The notes beneath the pieces are model-generated. The model did no database searches, was not told the DNA's origin, and worked only from the letters and a program-made list of their open reading frames with translations. A stretch of 49,490 bases of DNA from Octopus bimaculoides. Its lineage: Eukaryota. Numbering within the stretch: position 1 is the first letter of the stretch; each line of letters opens with the position of its first letter. Below, one piece after another: positions 1 through 11,479 of the stretch. The translations under genes and the position numbers were made by a program. The stretch is taken from NCBI RefSeq assembly GCF_001194135.2, contig NC_068989.1:17710219-17759708 (forward strand). Reading direction: 5' to 3'.

Positions 1-71
<71 letters not shown>

Positions 72-72
72 G
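1..72. repeat. (AG)n microsatellite grading into (AGAC)n
   Basis: Directly visible perfect AG run followed by AGAC units. Confidence 0.97.
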
Positions 73-199
73 AATAGGGAGAAAGATAAAACGTGTCAGC
101 ATTAATGGTTCCACATTTCGGAAGACCGGAAGGATTTGACCAATAGACGTGGAGATAATAGTGACCCGGATAAACTGGGGCGTGCAAGCACATGTGTCT

Positions 200-590
200 A
201 TTGCCAAGAACTTTACGCTTCCTCTGTAGACCATGGAAAGGCATATTACCGTGTATATGGGATATGTAATAGAGGGTTTTGCAAGCAAGAGTTTTGGACT
301 TACGGGTAACATTTCCTTGTGATGTTCCTATACGAATCGCCATATCTTTGTATTCGGGTAAATGGCGCAAAGTTGAAACCTTTCAACGTGGGTGTTGGAT
401 TTTGGCAAGGCTGTGTATTGTCACCTTTTCTTTTCATAACTTTTATGAAATTAATTAACATGCGCAGCTGTGGTGGAAGTGGTTTCACACTTGGCGGGTG
501 TAGGAGCAGATGGAAGATATTTGCAAACGATATCATGCCATTTGGCTCATTTGGCTCATTTGACAGATTGAGCCTGACTATGAGCTGACT
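200..590 (+). mobile_element. Degenerate RTE-like LINE reverse transcriptase fragment
   Basis: Conceptual translation gives LYASSVDHGKAYYRV (like CFVDLEKAYDRV), then IRVNGAKLKPFNVGVGFWQGCVLSPFLF and KIFAND (like QGCVLSP and FADD RT motifs); frameshifted. Confidence 0.8.
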
Positions 591-1110
591 CGGAGAACTC
601 TTCTCACGCTACCTGAACAAGGGATTATTTTTATCCCGAAATATTCGAATATTAAAAACATTATTTTAGACATCTTCGTCAGTTATTTATCTGTGACGCC
701 ACATTTTATTCCGTTTTATTCCCTATTCGTACTGTCATAAGGTTTTATTAAAACTTACTATTATACATGTAAGTAGTCATGCGCATTTCCTCACACGTTA
801 CTTCAAAACTTTTAAGAATCAACTGAATTATTAGTCAGTGGGAGTATATCCAGAAATATTTAAAAAGTAATATATGTAAATTTACAACTTCATTCGCAGT
901 TTGTCAGAGATAAAGTGCAACGCTTATTAATTAAAAAAAAAAAAGATAATAGAAATAAAGAAATCTCTGAACGAATTAATAAAAGTTTTGAAAAGTTATC
1001 GGTTAATGCACGCTGTTTGTGGTTACGTTTATTCTAATTTTACAAACAAACTGACTGAAGTTCAAACAAAATGCTTACGTTGTCATTTAAAATATTACAA
1101 AAAAAACTCA

Positions 1111-1230
1111 TCAAAAATTCTTACTGCAAATATATTAACAACGAAAGCACTTGAAGCAAAAGTGTTTACGGCAAAAATAAATACAGTTAATATTCCTTAA
1201 GCAAAATTATTTGCGCCAAAAGTACGAAAC
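1111..1230 (+). repeat. Degenerate 15-bp-period tandem repeat (8 units)
   Basis: Most units begin gcaaa/tcaaa/ccaaa at exact 15-nt spacing (1111, 1126, 1156, 1171, 1201, 1216); units at 1141 and 1186 are more diverged. Confidence 0.55.
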
Positions 1231-1951
1231 TTAAAAATTTGTTGGCGCGGACGGGTACAACCAGTTCTAGCTAAGCTCTGATTGTAGTGTAAAAATAAGA
1301 AGATGGAATACTACTAAGGTAGAAATAGTTTACTGTGAACGAGAAAGAGCCAGTGACGTCACTAACATGCTAAGGATAATATAAAAAGAGTAGTGAGAAC
1401 ATTAGGATTCAACATGATAATTGAAGATGTAGAACGTCAGCAGAGTACCTCTAACGGTGTCTGTCATATGCTATCCTTTTTACTCATCTTGGATGGAAAA
1501 CAAGATTGAATATACGTTATATCATACATTCCGTATGGTAAATAAGGTTCTTTGCTTTTATGTTTAACATATCTTCCATTCACTGATTTTTATGGGCGCT
1601 GACAATCACTGATTTTCAGAATAAAAAAAAAATTAAGCCATTTGGAAATTATAATAAAATTAAGGAATGATAAGGTATGTAAAAATGTTTAAAATCTTTA
1701 AAAAAAATTAGAAAATTAAAGAATTGGAGTACTGATATTTACGTCTCCTAATAATTCTAAAGGGCAATTTATTATAAATCTTGGCTATGTTCGAGAGTGA
1801 CATTTCAAATAAATCGTGAATTCTTTAAACATTTTGATGACCTAATTATTTAAATACTTGCATTATTGAATGCTTTTGTTCTTTAAATATAAACACACAT
1901 ATATATATATTTATATGTACTTAACATTGTAAACTACAGTAGGAATTTTGT

Positions 1952-2496
1952 CAAGATTTGTATGTTTTATGTATGTATTCTCATGCATATAGTTGCATAT
2001 CTAAACATGCTCATATATATTTAAATGATAAAATTCTCGAAAGTTTTACAGATTTCTACAGTTCCAGTGATGGGCTGGATCTGTAGTCTTTGAATTAGCT
2101 TTCTCCTTTCTGGCTTTGAGAAACCTAATTTGTCAAGATTGGTATTTAGGCGGTGTGTTACATATCCCAGGGCTCCAGTAATTAAAAGTATAAACCTGAA
2201 CTTGTAATCTGGATAGAGTAACTGCAGATTTCTCAATAGTTCAGCATAAGTATTCTCTTTATCACTGATCTTTATTTTAACATCCGCTAGGCACCTAATT
2301 TCCACAACAGTACACAGTCTCTCTTCTCTATCCCAAATCATTATATCAGGTCTGTTGTGCTTACATTTTATTGAGGTTTTCACTGGGACATTCCACCAGT
2401 ACTCCTTTTTATTATGAGTGGCTACGGCTTCTATCACATTGTGGGTTCTTATTTGTTTGTCCTTGGAATTATCCTTCCGACGGATTTCATTATAGA
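1952..2496 (-). mobile_element. 5'-truncated R4/Dong-like non-LTR retrotransposon, REL endonuclease domain plus partial 3' UTR (TACA-associated family, copy 1)
   Basis: ORF 2021-2437 contains KHNRPDIMIWD...VVEIRC...KENTYAEL...GALG, the PD..D/E-K restriction-like endonuclease end of R4-clade elements. Its 5' end abuts (TACA)n at 2497-2544; homologous to 42477-42911 and 45992-46830. Confidence 0.85.
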
Positions 2497-2544
2497 GTAT
2501 GTATGTATGTATGTATGTATGTATGTATGTATGTATGTATGTAT
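2497..2544. repeat. (GTAT)n microsatellite at the 5' junction of the R4/Dong-like element
   Basis: Directly visible. Confidence 0.97.
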
Positions 2545-2994
2545 ATATAGTTTGTTAGAAGTAATATATAGATTTTGCATATTAAGAAAAAGGAGGCAGT
2601 CAGAATTTCAGATAACTCTTTATTTCGCGTTGAGACTCTTCAGAATAAATTTTCTGTAAAGTTTGTTGCTTTTTATACAGATTATAAAGACTACAAAAGG
2701 AGAAAGAGGAAAGACGAGGGGAGAGGAGGAGAGGGGTGATGATAGGAAGGATGGAGAAAAGAAAGAAAAGTAGGAAGGAAGAAAGAATTTATTTTGGGAT
2801 GGTTTGTGATTTATAGGTAGGTAGCTGGTGCTAATATTTCAAGATGTCACTTTGTTGTTTTAAAGACAGAAAGCAGGACAAGAGAAAAAGAGAAAGAAAA
2901 GAAAAGCAATGAACTTTACAGTAAATTTATTCTGAAGAGACTCAACGAATGGATGAAAGCGCTAAATGAAAAATTATCCAAATTCTGCCTCCTT

Positions 2995-3030
<36 letters not shown>

Positions 3031-4560
3031 CGTGTGTGTGTGTGNNNNNNNNNNCTTTTTTATGTTTGTGTGTATTTATGCATGTATGTATGTATAATCG
3101 GTTTACTGCAACCTATTTCATTTTATAATACAACACTACTTTGCTTTTATGAGCTGCGGTTGGCCGTTCCCTATTTAAATAGATTTAAAAATTTTATTGT
3201 AAATATCTTAATCATAACCAGGCTGGCGTAAACGATCGAAACTGAGTATGTATGTTTGTATTTAAAGAAAGTAAGTATGTACAATAAGAAAAATATTCAA
3301 ATGTATATATAAAAAAAGACATTGGAGAATGTAAGTATTTCGTAATTTATTTTGTACCCAGGATTGCTAACATTATTTTAAGTTTTAATTTTCTTTAAGT
3401 TAACCGATATTTTTTTGTTAGATACAGACTTTTTGGAGCAAAAACCGTTGTTAAAACTTCGATAACTAAGCAAACTGATTGGTAAAAGTTTTGCAGTTCG
3501 AAACTAATTGCAGGGACTTGTAGATCCTTCTACCAGCCCATTATGAAACTGTAAACATGCAAGTAAGGCTTTTTAGAAATAATGTGAGGAAGTATTTAGA
3601 TTGGATCTTTCTTAAAATCAAGGGATGTTATAAACATGAGATTCGTATATTAATGTGTCATCCGTGGACGTTTTTAACGATTCTGGTATAAATATGTACA
3701 ATGTAGTTTTCTTGGGGATGAGTATGCATATTTAAGGCTAAATGAACAGACCAAAAGGTCGTGAAAATGTTACAATGATGATCCCCGATGGACGCATCTG
3801 TGGTCTTCAATCATATATTTGGGTACAGCCTTATCGTACACCTAGATTTCAAAATCAATTTCCATTACTGCATACCTTGAATAATGGTAGTATTGTCTCG
3901 TCTAAATAATATACTAATAGCTGCAGATCTTTAGAATGCAGTGGACAAAGTTCCTTGTGGTATTTAGTCACATTCGTTATTGTTCTGCAAGGTTAACTTC
4001 ATCGTTTGTACTGACAGAGTCGATAAAATAAACACTTGTGACGAACTGTGGTTCCTAAATCAACGAAACCCATCGCCACATAAAAGTATACCTATGTCAA
4101 TCGAAGCTGGTGTAGTTATAGGGAAAATACAAGAATGAAGGCTCATAAAGCATACAAAAATGGATAGTCCAAAGTATTTTTGATGGTGTTCGCTAGGAAT
4201 TCTTTTTTCTGTAATTACGCTCATAGACATGAACATACACACGCACATACACACACAGTATTTATATACATATATATATGTATATGCATGTATATATATA
4301 TATTAGTGCACAAACTCAAGTTTGGGGTTAACTATAAAAATACTTTTTTAGTTTCATTCTTCTTGAAACTGTTTTAATTCGTGGTATGGGTTTTGACTGC
4401 CCTTTCTAGCATGTAAAGGTGTCCTGCGAAAGGTCTCCTCTTTCGTGTATAAATAACTGTTTGTTTATTATCATATATAGAAATATGCTGTTTATTGACT
4501 TTATTACGCATGCTAGCCACCGGTATGAAAATTTTTCTAAATTTTTTTTACCCTTATATA

Positions 4561-5460
4561 CATTAGGTCATAAAGTATGAAATTTGGAGAAAAGAAAAAG
4601 ATTTTGCGAATGTTTTATAAATACAAGGAATAGTTTTATTCATCAAAGTATGCACCCATATTGTCAATACACTTTTGCCATTTCAGCGGTAGCTTGTCCA
4701 GCCCAGAACTGTAAAAGCCTGGCAATCTAGAGTCAATAAAATCTTGGAAGTCCTGTTTTACAGCATCGTCGGAATTAAATTTTTTTCATATCAAAAAGTT
4801 ATTCAAATTCTGGAAGTAGTAGTCAGTGGGGGCAAGATCAGTTGAGCATGGTAGATGTTGGAGAACTCTCAACTCCAACTCCTGTAGTTTCGCGAATGTC
4901 ATTTTTGCGGTGTGTGGTATGGCGTAGTCTTGCAATAAAATAAGAGTGAATCTGTTGACTAATCTAGGATTTTTGTAAGTTTCTGCATCATTTGATCCAG
5001 TTGGCTGCAGTATTCTTCGGCAGGGTTTGTTGAGCCAGATTTAATGAAATCATAAAGGACCACACCTGCGCCAGACCACCAAACACACCATCAGCTTCTT
5101 TTGATGAATTTTGTTTTTTGGACTGTGTTTTGGTGGTTCGTTTTTTGTTCAACCATTGTGTTAAACGTTTACGGTTGTTGTATTGGATCCATTTCTCATC
5201 ACATGTTACAATTCGATTAAAAAGTGATTAATTTTTGTGACGAGAAAGTAGCATAATGCAGGCTTCCAAACGTTGCTGTTTCTGATTTTCATTGAGTTCA
5301 TATGGAACCCAACATTTTCACTTTACCGAGTCAATAGGTGAGTCAATATTTTTTGCTTGCTAACACCAAATCCCAGCGATAATTCACGGGTACTTTGAGA
5401 TGGATCTGATTCGAGGGAGGCTTCCAGTTCGTCATTATCCACCTTTGTTTCTGGTACCTT
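4561..5460 (-). mobile_element. Decayed mariner transposon (cecropia/Hsmar1-like), 5'-truncated
   Basis: Minus-strand translation gives DNDELEASLESDPSQSTREL, WVPYEL, RIVTCDEKWI, HQKKLMVCVWW, LLQDYAIPHTA, STDLAPTDY and KWQKCIDNMGAYFDE* (stop near 4636). A TIR-like end follows TA at 4559-4560; several stops and frameshifts. Subfamily is inferred from motif style. Confidence 0.9.
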
Positions 5461-5849
5461 GGGGGGAATTCTGAACCATGTAGTTGAGAAGCGCACACCC
5501 GCGACTGTTAGGCACGTCTATATCATTTTTACAGATACACAGGCTGTGAATTGAGAGAATTTAGCAACTATTTCTTATAGATCTAGCTACCGCATAGATG
5601 CTCGTATGTTGGCCGGTGAATGGCAGAACAAGCAAGGCTTCAAGGAAATGCAATGCTGTATTACTTATGACACTACGTTCTGATTTCAAATTCCGCTGAG
5701 ATCGAAGAAGCAGCTACCGCTCAATTACGTTATTTGTTGTAATCAACTAACCACCCAACAACATCTGGTGTGTTGTGCATTATGGCACAAATGTTTAAAA
5801 TATTTTGAAACTTCGCAACATTGCTTTCTCTCGTCCACCATTTACTTTC

Positions 5850-6050
5850 TGAGATTTATGTTGTTGTTCTTTGGTCCTTGGTCAAACCAGTTCGATCAGC
5901 CCTATGGTCGAAAACGTTTCCTGTTTTTATCACCCCAAATATTCAGATATTATCTAATGCACACTCCTTAAAACAGGAAAGTGTAACTTGAGGTAAATCT
6001 GTCTGATATTTCTAGCAATTCAAGTTTACCACGCAGAGAACCCTCGTTAG
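5850..6050 (-). mobile_element. Degenerate copy of a dispersed repeat family carrying the ggctgctatttctagc motif (probable SINE/LINE tail)
   Basis: Shares motifs with 5555-5610, 27845-28000 (opposite strand), 28515-28570, 44040-44070, 45245-45265 and 49445-49470. Confidence 0.45.
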
Positions 6051-6776
6051 CTCGATCAGGCTTCATGTAAGAGAAAATATTGCAAAGTAAAGAACATATT
6101 TGCCCAGACAAGACGTTGATACAATATGGAAGTGGACGTTGAAATATCTGTTCTTATTTATTTCAACATCTGATCTCATTTGTAATTTTGTTTCTATCAA
6201 CAGGTGCCACGATCTAGCTGGTTCCTTCTTCATGTCATGTTTACTAAAAGGTGTTCAGTAAGCGGGAGGATACTGGAACAACTGGGTCTTTGACAAATAT
6301 TTAGGAATAACTCTTTTGTTTTGTTGACCTCACAGTTTTGGCAATGTGAGGCACTCCCACAACTAACAAACATAGACACAATCTATTGTACATGTTGCTT
6401 GACACTTAGTGGCAAAAAATATCTGTACACCTGGTTACATTGAAATCAATTGAACTTATGAAATTTCCAGTGAATGAGAAGAAAGAAAGAGGCAAACGGA
6501 AGAGAGGTTAACGAAAGGAATTTAAATCAATAATAATATTGAAACAAGTGACAAACTAAAAGCTAAAAACGGATCTAGGTTTGTTTTATTGTTCTAAGCA
6601 TAGAGAATATATATTTTTTCTTTTTAGTTTGAATTAAGATGTAAACGGTTTTCTCTCTTTCCTTTCTATACATACAACATACAGACTCACACATGCATGT
6701 ATGTATGCTTGCGTGAGAGTGTATGTATGTATGTAGGTATATGTGTATATACACAGTCGTGTACACGCACATACAG

Positions 6777-6777
<1 letters not shown>

Positions 6778-6836
<59 letters not shown>
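6778..6836. repeat. (TA)n microsatellite within a compound TA/TG tract
   Basis: Directly visible. Confidence 0.95.
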
Positions 6837-6848
<12 letters not shown>

Positions 6849-7124
6849 CCATATATATCCATATATATACGTATATATGTATGTATTTATTTATGTTTGC
6901 ATAAATAATGTATAATTAAGAAAATATTTATACTATACTTGTTTGCATTGAATGCTTCTATTTCTTGTTTGTACATTCAAACACATACGCATGCATTTAA
7001 CGACACACATTCCGACCCACATACACACGTGTACATACACGCCCTCGTACATACATACGTACAAACATGCACACGTACACACGCGCAAACATACGCGTGC
7101 ACACATGCGCACACACTCAAGAAA

Positions 7125-7310
7125 ACGCATAGTAAATGATACACAAGCACTCAAGCAAACTGAGTCCTCAACGTGTTTCATTTGTCAAAAGGTTTGCAAG
7201 GCACCAACTGGCCTCAAGAGACACTTTCGTGTCCATAGAACATGATTAACTCTTTATATTACTGAACCTTCATTTTTCGCCCACGGGAAGAGAATTCAAT
7301 ATATATACAG
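7125..7310 (+). mobile_element. Probable RTE-like LINE 3' end with terminal C2H2 zinc finger
   Basis: Codons 7174-7236 read CFICQKVCKAPTGLKRHFRVH (C-x2-C-x12-H-x3-H), with a stop 2 codons later, no TGEKP linker, and a short UTR ending in TA repeats. Confidence 0.55.
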
Positions 7311-7391
7311 GGCAGGGAATCGTCAATTAGTAATAAAATTAATAATTAACAATTTTGCCGGGTAGCTCAGTATGAAAAAACCTTAAAGGTA

Positions 7392-7700
7392 GAACCATTT
7401 ATAATCATAAATATATAAGGATTAGCAGAATCCTGCTTCTCCAACATACTGAGAATTCAGAAATAGCAGCCAAAGAACTACTGATTCCAAAACTACAAAC
7501 TTTTCTCTAAATTGATAGCGATATTTATGGTACACACAGTTTTTTGTTCTGTGTGTACGTACCATAAATATCGCTATCAATTTAGAGAAAAGTTTGTAGT
7601 TTTGGAATCAGTAGTTCTTTGGCTGCTATTTCTGAATTCTCAGTATGTTGGAGAAGCAGGATTCTGCTAATCCTTATATATTTATGATTATAAATGGTTC
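7392..7700. repeat. Perfect 142-bp inverted repeat ending at an N gap
   Basis: 7392-7533 is the reverse complement of 7559-7700, with a 25-bp spacer. Confidence 0.95.
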
Positions 7701-7997
7701 NNNNNNNNNNNNNNNNNNNNNNNNNNNNNNNNNNNNNNNNNNNNNNNNNNNNNNNNNNNNNNNNNNNNNNNNNNNNNNNNNNNNNNNNNNNNNNNNNNNN
7801 NNNNNNNNNNNNNNNNNNNNNNNNNNNNNNNNNNNNNNNNNNNNNNNNNNNNNNNNNNNNNNNNNNNNNNNNNNNNNNNNNNNNNNNNNNNNNNNNNNNN
7901 NNNNNNNNNNNNNNNNNNNNNNNNNNNNNNNNNNNNNNNNNNNNNNNNNNNNNNNNNNNNNNNNNNNNNNNNNNNNNNNNNNNNNNNNNNNNNNNNN

Positions 7998-8029
<32 letters not shown>

Positions 8030-8410
8030 GTGTGTGTGTGTGTGAATGCGTCTTTGTGTATGTATTTTTGTTGCTCTTTCCACTTTCATCCTTTCCGCAT
8101 CTCTTTGTCTTCATTCCTTATTTTTCAGTAGTTTACCTTCTACTTCTTAACTCATTCCATATGCGCAATTGACATTGGTTTCGATATTGCTCCCTATTAT
8201 TACGATCATTTTATCCAAGCACAACTCTTTCGTTTTGTTTTCAGTTTTCCCTACTCTCATCTCTCCATTTCCATAATTATTTCCTAGTCTACTTTTCTCC
8301 GACATACACTGCGCAACATGAAAGAATCATGGACGTAAAATAAGTAACTTTAAGATGTGTACAATGAACTGCACTTTTTGTTCTTTAGTTCCAAATACTT
8401 ATGGTAAAGT

Positions 8411-8783
8411 GGAGGCGCAATGGCCCAGTGGTTAGGGCAGCGGACTCGCGGTTTCGATTCCCAGACCGGGCGTTGTGAGTGTTTATTGAGCGAAAACACC
8501 TAAAGCTCCACGAGGCTCCGGCAGCGGATGGTGGCGAACCCTGCTGTACTCTTTCACCACAACTTTCTCTCACTCTTACTTCCTGTTTCTGTTGTGCCTG
8601 TAATTCAAAGGATCAGCCTTGTCACACTGTGTCACGCTGAATATCCCCGAGAACTACGTTAAGGGTACACGTGTCTGTGGAGTGCTCAGCCACTTGCACG
8701 TTAATTTCACGAGCAGGCTGTTCCGTTGATCGGATCAACTGGAACCCTCGACGTCATAAGCGATGGAGTGCCAACAAAAACAA
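8411..8783 (+). mobile_element. tRNA-derived SINE (family 1), near full length
   Basis: A box TGGCCCAGTGG (8421-8431), B box GGTTTCGATTCCC (8450-8462), GC-rich body and caacaaaaaca tail. Confidence 0.85.
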
Positions 8784-9283
8784 GTTGTGGTAAAGCAGAC
8801 CTTTGTATAAAATGTCTCTCATCTGAGAATATACTATCTTTCGTTGTCATATATAGCATTATCCATTGATTCTATCCACTTTTTAAGAGTGCAGAGTATG
8901 TAATTTCAGCTCGTCCTTGTTTACCGATAGAAGCAAACGTTTTGTTTCGCAACACCTAAATGTTAGCTCTGATCTAGATCTATGATAAAAGCCATTACAA
9001 CCGTGAACATCCTGGCTTTTGAGTATCTGCGACAGCATTACCAATTGTGGCCTTTCTGTCTTTTAGGTTTTATTTTGAGTACTTTAAGTGTGATTTGGTT
9101 GTTTTTGCAACAGTTCGACAGACCGCTCGGAGAGTGGCATCTTTGTCAGTATGTGTCCGTAAAAACTGCTATACATGTGTTATGTATATGTGTATGTCTA
9201 TATATGTACTTTTTGCATTTGTACGTATTTATGTGCATGCGCGCGTGCGTGCATGTGTGTGTATGTGTGTGCGTGTGTGTGTG

Positions 9284-9321
<38 letters not shown>

Positions 9322-11175
9322 TACATGTGTGTATGCGAATTATTTGATATGTATATATTACTGTTGTCTTATTGATGTTAGCATGCGATTTAAGAACGAT
9401 ATGGCTAATATTTTCGCCATGTTTAGCTACCATCTAGAGACTGGTTGATACCAAAGACACACACACACACAGACACACACTCGCTCCCACTCACATACAC
9501 TATGTGTGTGCATATACCAACCTACCTATCTAACTACCTGCGTACCTAAAGATAAACACATCCACATCCACCTTATCGCCCCCACACGCACATATATATA
9601 TACACACACACGCAAACATACATACATACATACATACACACATACTTTTACATCCTTGTATTGGATATAAAATATAACGAAGCAGGTGGAAGAAAGCATA
9701 TACACGACGCAGTACTATTACTATTACACCAGACCCAACGCTGTATATCAAAGGCTGACAGTGAACTGTACCAACACAATCCCAATCGTTCACAGTTACT
9801 TATTTTATAAAAATGGGACAGTCCACTTTTAGTCACTTACGGGTTTCTTTCACTATACATACACACATATATACATACATACATACATACATACATACAT
9901 ACATACATACATACATACATTCAAATAGAATCACCGATCAGAACAGAAAATTATGAGGACTGCTTTTCCAGATGACGTTTCAGAAAATCAGGATGAGGAG
10001 AGCATAATCTCCTTCAATTTCCTGGCAAATGGCTGCATGGTGAAGAGTGAGTGGTACACTGTGACACACAAGAAGCTTAGACAACAAGCCACCAGGAGGA
10101 AGAAACGGGACAATAATCTGAAAACTATCCATATTGAAAATAAAAGAAGAAACGAAACGGTACAATATGTGACCATTCAAGTGTTTGGCAGCAAATGCAT
10201 TTATAAACAAAATTTGGCTNNNNNNNNNNNNNNNNNNNNNNNNNNNNNNNNNNNNNNNNNNNNNNNNNNNNNNNNNNNNNNNNNNNNNNNNNNNNNNNNN
10301 NNNNNNNNNNNNNNNNNNNNNNNNNNNNNNNNNNNNNNNNNNNNNNNNNNNNNNNNNNNNNNNNNNNNNNNNNNNNNNNNNNNNNNNNNNNNNNNNNNNN
10401 NNNNNNNNNNNNNNNNNNNNNNNNNNNNNNNNNNNNNNNNNNNNNNNNNNNNNNNNNNNNNNNNNNNNNNNNNNNNNNNNNNNNNNNNNNNNNNNNNNNN
10501 NNNNNNNNNNNNNNNNNNNNNNNNNNNNNNNNNNNNNNNNNNNNNNNNNNNNNNNNNNNNNNNNNNNNNNNNNNNNNNNNNNNNNNNNNNNNNNNNNNNN
10601 NNNNNNNNNNNNNNNNNNNNNNNNNNNNNNNNNNNNNNNNNNNNNNNNNNNNNNNNNNNNNNNNNNNNNNNNNNNNNNNNNNNNNNNNNNNNNNNNNNNN
10701 NNNNNNNNNNNNNNNNNNNNNNNNNNNNNNNNNNNNNNNNNNNNNNNNNNNNNNNNNNNNNNNNNNNNNNNNNNNNNNNNNNNNNNNNNNNNNNNNNNNN
10801 NNNNNNNNNNNNNNNNNNNNNNNNNNNNNNNNNNNNNNNNNNNNNNNNNNNNNNNNNNNNNNNNNNNNNNNNNNNNNNNNNNNNNNNNNNNNNNNNNNNN
10901 NNNNNNNNNNNNNNNNNNNNNNNNNNNNNNNNNNNNNNNNNNNNNNNNNNNNNNNNNNNNNNNNNNNNNNNNNNNNNNNNNNNNNNNNNNNNNNNNNNNN
11001 NNNNNNNNNNNNNNNNNNNNNNNNNNNNNNNNNNNNNNNNNNNNNNNNNNNNNNNNNNNNNNNNNNNNNNNNNNNNNNNNNNNNNNNNNNNNNNNNNNNN
11101 NNCACACACACACATATTCATATATATATATATATATGTATGTATGTGTGTGTGTGTTTGTGCGTGTGTGTATCC

Positions 11176-11310
11176 TTTACTTGTTTGTCATTATATTGCG
11201 ACCATGCTGGGACACCGTCTTAATGAATTTTAGCTGAACAAATCGACCTCACTACTCATTCTTTTTAAAACCTGCTACATATTCTATTGAATTCTTTTGC
11301 CAAACCGCCA
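11176..11310 (-). mobile_element. 3' half of SINE family 3
   Basis: Reverse complement matches gcggtgctccagcatggccgcag...aagtaa and ggcaaaagag...atagaat of the copy at 37168-37572. Confidence 0.75.
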
Positions 11311-11438
11311 AACACATTTACATACGCACACACACATACACACACATATCTGTATACATAGAAACATACAATGTTACGTGTGTGTATGTGTGCATACATA
11401 TGTATATAAATACACACGCACACACACACAACACACAC

Positions 11439-11479
<41 letters not shown>

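Noticed and set aside
8411-8480. tRNA gene
   Set aside because: A and B boxes are present but there is no cloverleaf or acceptor stem, and the sequence continues into a SINE body; the same applies at 36705, 37168 and 37988.
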